Positions 12,693 to 23,845 of a stretch of 56,350 bases of DNA are shown in pieces. A model generated the notes under the pieces. That model did not search any database. It worked only from the letters and a program-made list of their open reading frames with translations, and was not told where the DNA came from. The position numbers and the translations under genes are program-made. The stretch spans positions 5,884,065-5,940,414 of the forward strand of contig NC_068986.1 of the NCBI RefSeq assembly GCF_001194135.2. The letters run 5' to 3'. The stretch's first letter is position 1; each line of letters begins with the position of its first letter. Source of the DNA: Octopus bimaculoides (Eukaryota).

Positions 12693-12736
<44 letters not shown>

Positions 12737-12906
12737 TATATATGACAGGCTTCTTTCAGTTTCCATCTACCAAATCCACTCACAAGGCTTTGGTCGGCCC
12801 GAGGCTATAGTAGAAGACACTTGCCCAAGATGCCACGCAGTGGGACTGAACCCGGAACCATGTGGTTGGTAAGCAAGCTACTTACCACACAGCCACTCCT
12901 GCGCCT
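12509..12906 (-). mobile_element. tRNA-derived SINE family S1 (CORE-like segment, central microsatellite), well preserved
   Basis: Minus-strand head AGGCGCAGGAGTGGCTGTGTGG...GGTTCAGTCCC (A/B boxes), then CTTGGGCAAGTGTCTT, a (TG)n/(TA)n core and a 3' end GACTGAAACA..TAAAAGAG. Confidence 0.85.
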
Positions 12907-14236
12907 TAACAATGAGTGTATTACTAATTTGTCCTATAAAGTTGTTTATATGTTGCTATCTATAAATGATAAATATTAATTCCTTCAATTTTTGTATACC
13001 TTTGTGTATCTTTAGTTTCCATATTTTTATAGTTTATTGATTATGTAAACATTAACCATTTTTTAAAGTAAATTTATAGCTAAGTTCAGTTGAGATTGAA
13101 AACTGTTAAACTATGCAAATCTAGCTCCTGTTAGGACTAGCAGGGATATAAAAAAAACCCTAAATAAACACTACTCTGATATGAAAAAGAATGTTGGTAT
13201 GTAGGTGTAAGCCTTGAATTGGCAGAGAGGTTATAGTGCTTTATGGTATTATTCTGGTCATTTGTGTTTTGAGTTCAAAGCAGATTGAGATCAACTTTAT
13301 CTTTCATTCTTTCAGGGTCAATGAAGTACCAGTCTGTGTGGGTTCATGCAATTGTTAAGAATGCTGGATGAGTGCTTTGTGCTATTTGTCTCAGCTCTTT
13401 GCCTTCTGAGTTCCAATTCCACCTAGATGCCAGTGGCCAGATTTAACCTGGCCGGCATGGTCAGGTAGGCCTAAAATTAGCTTTGTTGCTGTGGCCTTTT
13501 CCTATCGTAGATTGAAAAAAAAAGTGAGTATAGTCATGAGAATGACATTGGAAACTCTATCATAAAGTAGTTTATCATGCTACTACTGCTGTTTGTGAAT
13601 CAAACATGTGGGTAAATGGCAAGGCAAATACTATCTTACATCTTTTAGTAGTGCTTTAGAGCTCTGATGCACATGTCAATGTTGATCTTCAGTTGCCTAT
13701 TTATATACCACAGACTCTTAAAGAGTCTGGGTTACTCTTCTGTTGCCTTATAAATCATTGTTCTTATTTAGAAATCATTATCATAATTCTCTTGGTGCAC
13801 TGAGTTTGTGACTCAGCCTCAAAGCCTAGTTGAAACAATTTTACTTGATTTATATTGATATTGCATGTCAAATGATAAACAGCAAAGATAAAGCAGCAGA
13901 AAGAATGATGCAAAGATGTTATGGATTTATTTTCCTGTTCATTCTCATCATTCTCAGCACTATCTCTCAGATCTAGTTTGTATTCTGCTAATTTTAAACA
14001 TTGCTGGTGTTCTTTTTTTAAAACTATCTGTTTTGATTTATAGTTGAAATCATTTTGCATCAGGAGTAACTTTGAGAAAGGTAAAAACTCTCATATTTGG
14101 TGGGCATCTTGCTTAACAATTAAAATTTGTTTCTTTCAGTTACTTTGCTACAAAATGATTACATTATTAAGACAATGTAACTAGAAGATTAATAAAATTA
14201 GTATCAATTGGTTAAACCTTGCATGGTTGCAGTCAC

Positions 14237-14319
14237 TACCATCACCATAACTACTATCTCTACCATCACCATAACTACTATCTCTACCATCACCATAACT
14301 ACTATCTCTACCATCACCA
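14237..14319. repeat. 24-bp tandem repeat x3.5
   Basis: TACCATCACCATAACTACTATCTC, three identical units plus a partial unit. Confidence 0.95.
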
Positions 14320-14439
14320 ATGCCATCACCACCATTATTATTATCATCCTACTCATTTTTTGTTGCTTACATGTGTAGATGTATGTGCAATACAGTATTC
14401 TGTTGTTGACTATATGTTATCTCATTTGTATTTTATCTT

Positions 14440-14667
14440 TTAACCCTTTTGCATTTAAACTGGCTATATCAGACCAAAATATTTTTCCTGTTTTATGTGC
14501 AAACCAGCCAGATCGGGCCTCTCACACCTACCCTAAAATGTCATTCTGAAAATAAATAATCACATCATTGAAATCTCAAAGCTACAAGATAATGCTTGAT
14601 TAATTCCAAACAATGCGAATAAATAAGCATTACATTTGATGGAATAATCAGAATGTTAATAGGTTAA
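14440..14667. mobile_element. piggyBac-type MITE M1
   Basis: TTAACCCTTTTGCATT ... AATAGGTTAA with M1 body. Confidence 0.75.
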
Positions 14668-15847
14668 GGACTAATCCATCTGTTTGATTATATCTTCCCT
14701 ATATTTGGTCTTTCTTTTTCATACTGACATCATAAGACTTCTTTGGTCTGGGTAGCTTGTACCACAAAGTTCCACTGCTTTTCCATTTTACATATATCAA
14801 TCTATTCCTATTACATTCCATTAGATTATGTTCCCTTCCTGTATATCTTGATGCACATTTGCTTTCTTTATTCAACTGAGTTTAAGAAATTATTTTTGTT
14901 CATTCAATTAACCATTCACAACTTACTTTTTTCCAGTTGTTGTAGATCTACAGTCACTGCCATACATTATCATAATTCTAACTTAGATCTAAGAATTGTT
15001 ACCTCTGATAGCAACTATATCATCCACTTCCAAAACCACTTCACTATCAGTATCATTACTATAATCCACATACAACACTAATCATATCACCCAGATAACA
15101 CAATACCTACCATTGGTCATCCAAGTATTCATGCTATTCAGCCAATGTTGATTATGTTGCTAGCTCTTCCTGTACATTTGATGCAAATAAAGTTTTGCTT
15201 TTGTGTCATTCTGCCACAGATTATTGCATCTTCAAAGGACCCTTTGATTGCACTGTCTACATTATTGAGATCTTGCTTAATACGCAAGGCAATTTTTTTT
15301 TTTTGATGCTGTTGAAACTAAATGGCTCCCATTACTTTGTGTTGGTCATGGTCTCAGGGAATTTTGACTCAAAGTTGTTTATCCAAGTTTCAAAGTTCTT
15401 GTTGCAGCTCTTGGCTTGTTTTCATTCTGAAGTTTTTATGAATGTCTGGTTATGAACTCTTTAGATGTTTAGATCAAGTGAAAAGAGTAGAGAACTTGCT
15501 GCATAGTTTCCTGTTTCTTCCAGCTTCACATTAAATTAACATCCATTTTTCAGTCTATTAATAATCAGACATTTTGTGAGTTGCAGCAAAGAATGCCAGT
15601 TCTTCTAATTTATCACTCTTTACAGTTCTCATCTTTTAAATTTATTGTACAAAACTGTTCAGTTAATTTGTAAGTTTGTTTAATTAGTCACTTTTTTTCT
15701 GTATTTAAGGTAGTAAATTAGCCAAATTCTACTTAAATAAATATAGTGTTATTTGTAAACTATAATAATATATTTTTTAATATTCAAATTTTAATTTTAG
15801 CTGCAATATTTAAAGTAAGAAGTTTCTTATTCTTTACTTTACTAGAA

Positions 15848-15934
15848 GTAATAGCTTGTTCTATACTTTTACAGGTGTAATAGCTTGTTCTATACTTTTA
15901 CAGGTGTAATAACTTGTCCTGTACTTTTCCAGGT
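15848..15934. repeat. 29-bp tandem repeat x3
   Basis: GTAATAGCTTGTTCTATACTTTTACAGGT twice, plus one diverged unit. Confidence 0.95.
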
Positions 15935-16550
15935 TTATAATCTTAAGAATATGACTTTCCATGCTTGCATTTTTCCATGTAATATGTGTGTGTGTGTGTG
16001 TGTGTGTGTCACTACTTCATGATCCGTATTAATTTGTTTACACCACTGTAACTTAATGGTTTGTCAAGAGAGAATGATAGAACAAGTAAAAAAAAATGTG
16101 CTGGGATTGATTTGTTTTATTAACCCCTTTAAAATGTTCCAATGACTGAAACAAGTAAAAGATGATGAAAAGAGGTATAAAGATTAATTTTGACATTGTG
16201 TCATGAGCTGATAATGTCTCTTACCAAATTGAGGCCTTCTCATTTATCTTATAATGAAGACAATTATGAGTTCATGGCTATGATAATAATGGAGTAAAGA
16301 ATACTTATATAACCATTCTATCAAGGATTTTACATAGAACTATGATGGAAGAGAATTTTAAAGCAATTAAATTCCTTGGATACAGAATCTGGGAATTATT
16401 AACATTAACACCTATATTTTTGCAAGAGCTTTTCTTTTTATAAAACTGAATGTCTAGACTATGATTAGGCAAAATACTAAAGTTTGAGTTGTGATATTTT
16501 TTTAAATTTAAAATCATGCTTTATGAATATATAATCAATATGCTCTATAT

Positions 16551-16745
16551 CAGCATTTTTCAAACTTTTTTGTTGCAACCCTTTTTATTTATCTTGTGAC
16601 CCACAGTTTTAAAAACACTGGTTTATATTCTGCATTTTGCACCCACTTGTGTTTTTTTTCTTCTTTCCTTCTTTTTTTGTTGTGACCCATTTTATTTATC
16701 TGGCGACCCACTGAAGGGTCGGGAACCACAGTTTGAAAAACACTG
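16551..16745. mobile_element. hAT-type MITE with an internally duplicated right end
   Basis: CAGCATTTTTCAAACT / AGTTTGAAAAACACTG; TSD CTCTATAT / CTCTGTAT (7 of 8 match). Confidence 0.7.
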
Positions 16746-17624
16746 CTCTGTATAATTGTTTTTTAGTTATAGGGTTAGGATTTCACTTCTAAAACAAGTT
16801 GTCATTGCCTAGTTAATTATGTCCATTGAGCTTGCTTTGTTATTCCCAAGTGCCATCAGTTTGAAATGTAAGGGAGTTGTCTGATTCTTTTCAACTACTG
16901 TCCTTGTTTAGAGTGTTTTGGCTCCGATTTTGCTAAGTGATATGTCTCAAATGGAGGCAGCTTGCTTGTGAAAGTGAATTATTAGTAAAATATGGATTAT
17001 CTCCTTTGTTGATTATTATTTTCTTGCAAACATTTGAATGAACAATATGCTAACTCTATAACACCTCTTGTTAATAATTCCTGCTACTTCAAATACCATA
17101 CTCTTTTGAAGAGAGAACAACAAAATCTTGGATGCGACTCTGAAAATTCTTTCGATTTGAACATTATTGCATGCAAGTAGTTATAATATCTGGTGCTCAT
17201 TGCACAATATATTTGTGAATAACACTGTGGATGTGTGTGAATGAATGAATGAAGGTGGGACATATGATCCCTGCTGTCTGTACAAATTACGACTTACTAT
17301 CACTCATGCTAGTCACACAAATTATGTAACCTGGCACCATCAAATTGACTATCACCTTTCTTGGTAACAATTGTCACCACACATTGTAGAATTTCAACAA
17401 ACTGATCTGCTTCACCATGTGGCACTTCCAATCAAGAAATTGTTGCCACTAAGATAGCTAACACAAACATGCAACTGAACTCACCTATGGAGGCCTAAAT
17501 GCTCTCACTTAGAAGCCATTTAAAATTTCTTTTACGTTCTCTTCATTCTGACTCCAAACATCTAATGATGTGGATGTGTGTTCTACACTCATGTAACTTT
17601 AAGTAATGTGGATCTGAGGCAACC

Positions 17625-18325
17625 TGTTACTCTTGAAAGTGGAGTTGCTAGAATAAGAATGGGTTGGGCAAAGTTCCGAGAACTTCTACCTTTGTTGGTA
17701 ACTAAGGGCCTCTCCTTCAGAGTGAAAGGCAGGTTGTACGATGCCTGTGTATGTACAGCTATGTTACATGGCAGTGAAACCTGGGCTATGACTGCAGAGG
17801 ACTTGCTTTAAGAGGAAAAGTGGGTATAAGAGGCATCAGATGTTGTGTGCAGGAGAGAAGACTGTGCTAGTTTGGTCTTGTGGTGCATATGGATGAGGAC
17901 AGCTACATAAAGAAGTGCTGAAGTCTAATTGTGGAGGGAACCTGTGGAAAGGGTAGACCCAGGAAGATGCAGGTCAAGGTGGTGAGAAAGGATCTTCAGA
18001 TGCTGGGCCTCACTGAGGAAATGACAAATGACTGGGAGTTGTGGTGATTTGCTGTATTTGAAAAGACATGTCAAGCTAAGTAAAATCGCTGTCTTCCATA
18101 CATAAAAGCTTGTCTTTCTGGTACCAGTGCCACATAAAAAACACTTGTGCCAGTGCTGTGTAAGTGCACCCATGCCAGTGGCACATAAAAAAGCATCCAG
18201 CTGTAGAAATCATTCCACAACAGACAATTGGAGTCTGGACAGCTCTTCAGCTGGCCAACTCCATGTCAAACTGTCCAACTCATGCCAACATGGAAAATGG
18301 ACGTTAAACAATGGTGATGATTATG
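17625..18325 (+). mobile_element. RTE-clade (BovB-like) LINE 3' fragment: decayed ORF end plus 3' UTR
   Basis: RIRMGWAKFRELLPLLVTKGLSFRVKGRLYDACVCTAMLHGSETWAMTAED; downstream GRGRPRK-like motif; standard RTE tail. Confidence 0.88.
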
Positions 18326-18714
18326 CGTATGGCCTGGTGATTAGGGTGTTGCACTCCTGATCATAATGTCATAATTTTATCCAAAGGTTTGATTCCTGGA
18401 CCAGGTAGTATGTTATTTCCTTGAGCAAGGCACTTCATTTCACTTTATTTCTTTCAGTTTAAATGATTATCAGCCAAGTGTTGGTGGAGCCTTAAATCTC
18501 TTCAGCTGTCACATCCCAGCTGGGTCATGTCAGGATGGGCTGAGGGAGTATTTGTTTGCTCATTATTTCATAGTAAATACATAAAACGACTACTGAAAAC
18601 ATGTTGTATGTTATGAAGTTGTCCTTGATCCTGAGTGACAGCCAGTTTAAGACAATTTGATTCCTTTACATCAAACAGTCTTATCTCATCTCACCTTCAT
18701 TACCCACTTAATTT

Positions 18715-19205
18715 TAGGAGGGTTGTGGTGGGGGGGCAGAGTCCTCAAGCACACCTTGGGTCCTGTCAGAAGTAACAATCTCTAACTGGTCTGGCTGGAT
18801 CGTTAAGTGAGACTAACCAAACTCATGGATATTATCCAACTGTCTTGCTCATGATCTTCCCCTGCATCTCTTGCCAGTTGCTTTTGCCTGTAAAACCTGT
18901 CCGGTAATTTCCCCAAAGCATACTTACCATATGTCTATGGTATCAAAACTGTGACCTCTCAATTTGGAGAAGTAGGCTCTCCCTGGAGCACCTCTCAGAT
19001 CTCTGAGTTATGCATTCTATTAAGTAATGTTACTCCGAAGAATCTTTGGAGAACCCCCCATGTCAGGTACTAGTATTCATGCCCTTACTCTTTTGGTCAC
19101 TACTCAAGATTCATCACCATAGATAAGGGTAGGCATGAACACTGGATTGAAGATAGTGAGTTTGGCTTTTACATGTAACTCCCTTCTTCAGATGACCGAA
19201 TGTTG
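18715..19205 (-). mobile_element. Rex3/Expander-like RTE LINE 3' fragment
   Basis: Minus translation KAKLTIFNPVFMPTLIYGDES*VVTKRVRA..., LLQIERSQ, with stops and frameshifts; homologous to 52905-53478. Confidence 0.75.
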
Positions 19206-20900
19206 AAGCTAACACATTACATACAGTCTCTTTACTTTAGAATATTTCAGTTTTGTATTTGGTTTAAAAGATTTTTGATGTGAACTAATGTACTGAAGCA
19301 GATTTTGTATCTCAGGAGGGCCATTATACCAATAATAAACACACACATTGATTCTATTTCACTTATTATTCATTAATACTCCAGTTCAGGGCATGGCATT
19401 GAGGAGGTCACGAATGATGATGAAAGGACTTTGACAAGCATAACTAATTTAGTAACTGAATGATTAACCAAACAACTGTTTAGTTAGCTGGTTAAACAGT
19501 TAACCAATTAAATAATAAAGAAGTGAAATTGAACCAGTGTATGTTTGTTATTGGTGTAATGACACTCTTGAGATACAATAAAATTCTTTATACCCTTCAA
19601 TAAAATGAAAAAGACCAAGAAATAATTTTTTTCTGTACATTGATAATTTTGGTGTTAGAAATGTTGAAAGATAAGTCATGTTTTGTTTTTCTCTCATGAT
19701 TGTTAGGAAAGAAATCTAAAATATATGAATCACAAAATATGATTTCTCCTAAGTTTGTATCTCAGAATAAATATACAACCTTCAAATTTATTAGCATTCT
19801 CTTGATTTAGTTGAATAGTTACTTGAAAACAGTGGACTTTGTATCATCCCTAATTTCACATTGAAAGAATTGTAAAAAGAACTGAAAGATATCATTTAGT
19901 GTAGAGTATTATCTTACTTTATAAGAAGGATCTAGGATCCATATTATTTCTATCACTCTCCTCATCTAATATATCATGCTTCTAGATCATAACTGAAGTT
20001 ACCAGACTGGATTCATGTTGTGTATTTTCTTTAGTCAATCCAAGTTATCCCTTTCCAAAAATTTCATCCCTCTAATATGGTTTCTAAACCTTTGCTGCAA
20101 ATTCCATCTGTTCCACATTTTCTTGCCTGGTTCCCTTATTACAATCATTCAGTATAACTAAAGCAGATAAATTACACTTCCAGTCATGACAGTTCCAGGT
20201 GAATTCCTCCCTCTATGTTTTTATTGAAAATATTTTTCAAAGCAGTCACTATCCTATTGGCTTATGTTTAACATGTTGCTAATGTTGGTCTTTCTTCAAA
20301 TATTCAATTTAGCAAAATGTTTTGAAATTAATGTTTGGCTTAGTTATCTAATTTAGTTGATCTCTAATAGAACATTAAATTATTTGAACTTTTAGAGTTT
20401 AAAAAAACTTTCTTATATTATCTTTAATTACATTTAATCATATCTCAAGATCTAAATGATTAAAACCTGCTTCTGTTTCTTTTATAATTATTGAGGGGTA
20501 TAGATGAAAAATGTCAATTAATAAACAAAAGGGATTCATTCAGAAATTTAAGCATATTGAATAAATACATAAGTCACACAAAGTATCAACATCTTTTAAT
20601 GCATATAAAATTTCTGAAAGATCCTTCTTAATGTCACCCTGGAATTAAAAGTTTTAAGTTAATATTATCACAAAAATGTTTGGTAATAACCCCTTTCAAA
20701 TGTCATTAAAAATGATTTGATGAACAAATGAAATTCTATGAACAAGCTTCTAATAATTTACTTCTTAGGTTTTTTTACTTTGGATAAGAATATAATGATC
20801 ATAAAATCTTTTGTATTAAAGACATGCTTTAAACATGGATATTTCTTATTGTTTTTATTTCATTGTTTAGATATTCCAGTAATATGTATTTAAATCTAAG

Positions 20901-20930
20901 TTTAACTTTTTTTTTTTTTTTCAGGTAAGC
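20901..20930 (+). promoter_or_regulatory. Candidate recursive splice site (AG|GTAAG)
   Basis: tttaac + T15 + CAG|GTAAGC; junction at 20924/20925. Confidence 0.35.
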
Positions 20931-22079
20931 ACATTTATTTAAAGAAATCGAAATCAAGAAACTGGTTGATTATTCATCATTTTCAAGTTATATTCAAACA
21001 TGGTGCTTATTTTCTGAGAAGTAGGTTTGAATTTTAATATTTAACTCACTCCTAATTTTAACTGTTTTTTTTAGAGACCTCTTTCTATTCATTTTCAATG
21101 GCACAGTGGCTCTGCATAAACATTGCTGGGTGGCATAATGAACTCTCAGTGACTTTTTAATATTTAAATTTAATTCTAAAAAGATTGTACTTTTTATCAC
21201 ATGCATAAAATATTTTAATAAAAATCAACAATGTTTGTTGAAGCGAAAATGTATATACTTGTATTGTTTTACATCTTGTAAAGAGTGATATCTTTTGCTA
21301 TTCTGTTAACATTTTATTGTATTTTCCAACATAGAAGTCAGTGTAGTATATAATGTAAACACGTAGTGTAAATATTCAAATATTGTCACTATCCTTTCAA
21401 ATACTGCTGTATTTCATATGGAATTTTTGGTCTGCCAAAGTTTTCTTGGTGTATATGTCAGCCTACAATTTTTGATTGTAAATTTTGGTCTGAGAATTTT
21501 GATCTGTATGCTGGAAAATACAAAGAAAGTACAAAATAGTTTTAACTGAGAGGGTGACTTCTTTAAGCTCAAGTAAAGTTGGTTGTAGGCAGTTTTAAAG
21601 TTAGATATTTTAGAAATGAAATAAACAGGGATGTCTAAAGAATTATATGAAAGATAAATTGTATAAATAACAATGGTAATTTGTTAGGTGCCAACAAATT
21701 TTGATTTATTGTTAGAACAATGCCAATGGGAAAATACATTACAATTTCTATTTACAATCACAACAATATGATTCATCTTAGAGATTTATTTTGTATAGTA
21801 TTGTTATTTCTATTTTCATTCAGAAGTTCTTATTCAGCTGTTCTTGGTCCAGCTTCATTCGACTTCCACTGTTCATATTTATCTATTTGTATTTTCTGAT
21901 TTGATTATCATTGGTTATTTTTAATTAACAATTAAAATTACTGTGAATATTCATTATTGCTCTCTAATCTATTCATATTTTTTAATATGTCTCTGACATC
22001 TGTGAATAACTCAGTTTAAATGGAATAATAGTAATAATTGCTTTCACCATCGTTTTTTACTTTGCACTTTTTAATTCAC

Positions 22080-22790
22080 ATTTTTTTTTTACTTTGATGT
22101 TATTTTTTCATCACACTGTAGTTTTCTGTCCTTTTTCCTTCCTATAATTTACTTCTTATGTTTCTTTCATTTGATTTTCTGCTTTCACCACCTGCTGCTA
22201 TTTCTTTCCACTTTCTCACTCCCTTAGACATCTGAAAATGAGAATATCTCCTCCCAGATGTCTCTGTATCACCTCCTAGATGTTTCCCCAATGTCTCTGT
22301 TTCGTCTTTGATGTCTCTATCTATTCCCTCACTCCCTGATGTCTCTATCCCCTCCCTCTCTGATGTATCTGTTTATACACCCCTCTTTCTTTCTGATGTC
22401 TCTCTTTCTATTCCTCTCTCTGATGCTTCTATTTATCCCTCCACCTTTATGGTGATTCTGTTGCCCCCTCTCTTATGTTTCTTCTACTTTCTCTCTGATG
22501 TTTCTATCAATTTCCTCTTTCAATGTCTCTATTCTCCTTTCTCTGATGTCTCTTACTTCCTCATCTGATGTATCTATTTCCCTTTTCTAATATCTTCACA
22601 TTCTTATGTCTCTGTTCCCCATTTCCTTGTGTTTCTTTCCTCCCTCTCTCTTATATAATACATCTCTCTCTCTCATTCTCTTATGTTTCTATACCTTTTC
22701 TTCATTGTCTCTATTCCACTCTTCACTTCTCTGATATCTCTCTTTCTGCTTTCTCTTCAGTTATTCACTTCCTTCCAGCCTTCTGATTAT
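22080..22790. repeat. Pyrimidine-rich degenerate minisatellite
   Basis: Recurrent CTCTGATGT(C/T)TCT motif in an almost G-free C/T-rich strand. Confidence 0.85.
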
Positions 22791-23616
22791 GTGTCTGTCA
22801 CTCTAAGCGTTAATTGCTGTACAACTATATGATTATGGAAGATAATAGCTGGTATTGTTAACAGAAATCATTTAATATCTCTGTAACAAGCTGTGCACTG
22901 ATTTTTGTTGTTTCTCAATAAAAGAAACAAATTGTCCTATGAATGGAATGTTTAGAAACAAAATTTCATTGGTTTATATCTCTTTCTTGTAACAATTTCA
23001 TATAATTCATACACTTGCATTAATTGAAGTATTCCACTGTAAAATAGTGTTGTATATGTTTACTGAGGCAGCAAAATAATATTCACAAATTTGAATAAAT
23101 CTGGTATTCTCTGCGATTAATAGGAATTCTAACATTTTGAGTGGAACCCTTCTTCAGAGATCTATGAAGAATCAATGGGTTATCTAAGTTTCAATGATAC
23201 AAACTGGCAATAGTTTCTTTGAAGTTTTTTTCCCTCTAGTAAAATATCTTGGTTTGTTGTCTGAATATATAATTCTAGTAATGAGGCTTTGAACTTCTAA
23301 TCTTTGGGTTTTTAATCTTAATCATTCAGCTGTTTTGCCTAAATGTGGGTGTGTAGTTTTTACTTATTCTGCAGTGACATTATTATATTTTGTTGAGAGT
23401 ATCTACCAGTATAGTTTGGTTATTTGAATTATACTGGAAAAATTTGTTATGTTAAATATCACAGCTTCTATGAAACATAGTGTCAAATTAATCTATTGGA
23501 AAGGCTATAAGAATGTTGTAGTTAAATGGGGGAAAATTAATGTAGTGAGTAAACACCTCCCCTTTTTTTAAAATCAAAATAAATTATAGTAACTGTGAGG
23601 AGAAAATTTATTAGCT

Positions 23617-23845
23617 TTAACCCTTTAGCATTTAAACTGGCTAAGTCCAGCCTATATAGTCAGCTTTGTTTTGTGTTCAAACCAAGTCAGATTCAGCCCC
23701 TCACATCTACTGTGCAATGTCTTTCTAAAAACAAACAATGACATCATAAAAACTGAAAGCTACGAGATAGTGCTTGATTAATTTAAAACAATGTGAATAA
23801 ATGGGCATTATATTTGAGGAAGTAATCTGAATGCTAAAAGTTTAA
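23617..23845. mobile_element. piggyBac-type MITE M1
   Basis: TTAACCCTTTAGCATTTAAAC ... CTGAATGCTAAAAGTTTAA. Confidence 0.75.

Noticed and set aside
12840-12906. tRNA-like sequences here and at ~6430, ~41930 and ~49585
   Set aside because: They run on into SINE bodies and lack a full cloverleaf; SINE heads, not tRNA genes.
14237-14319. His/Tyr-rich repeat ORF (HHHNYYLY)n
   Set aside because: Translation of a 24-bp tandem repeat with no splice context.
17480-17570. Strong minus-strand donor TAG|gtgagt
   Set aside because: All frames upstream contain stops, and it lies beside LINE-derived sequence.
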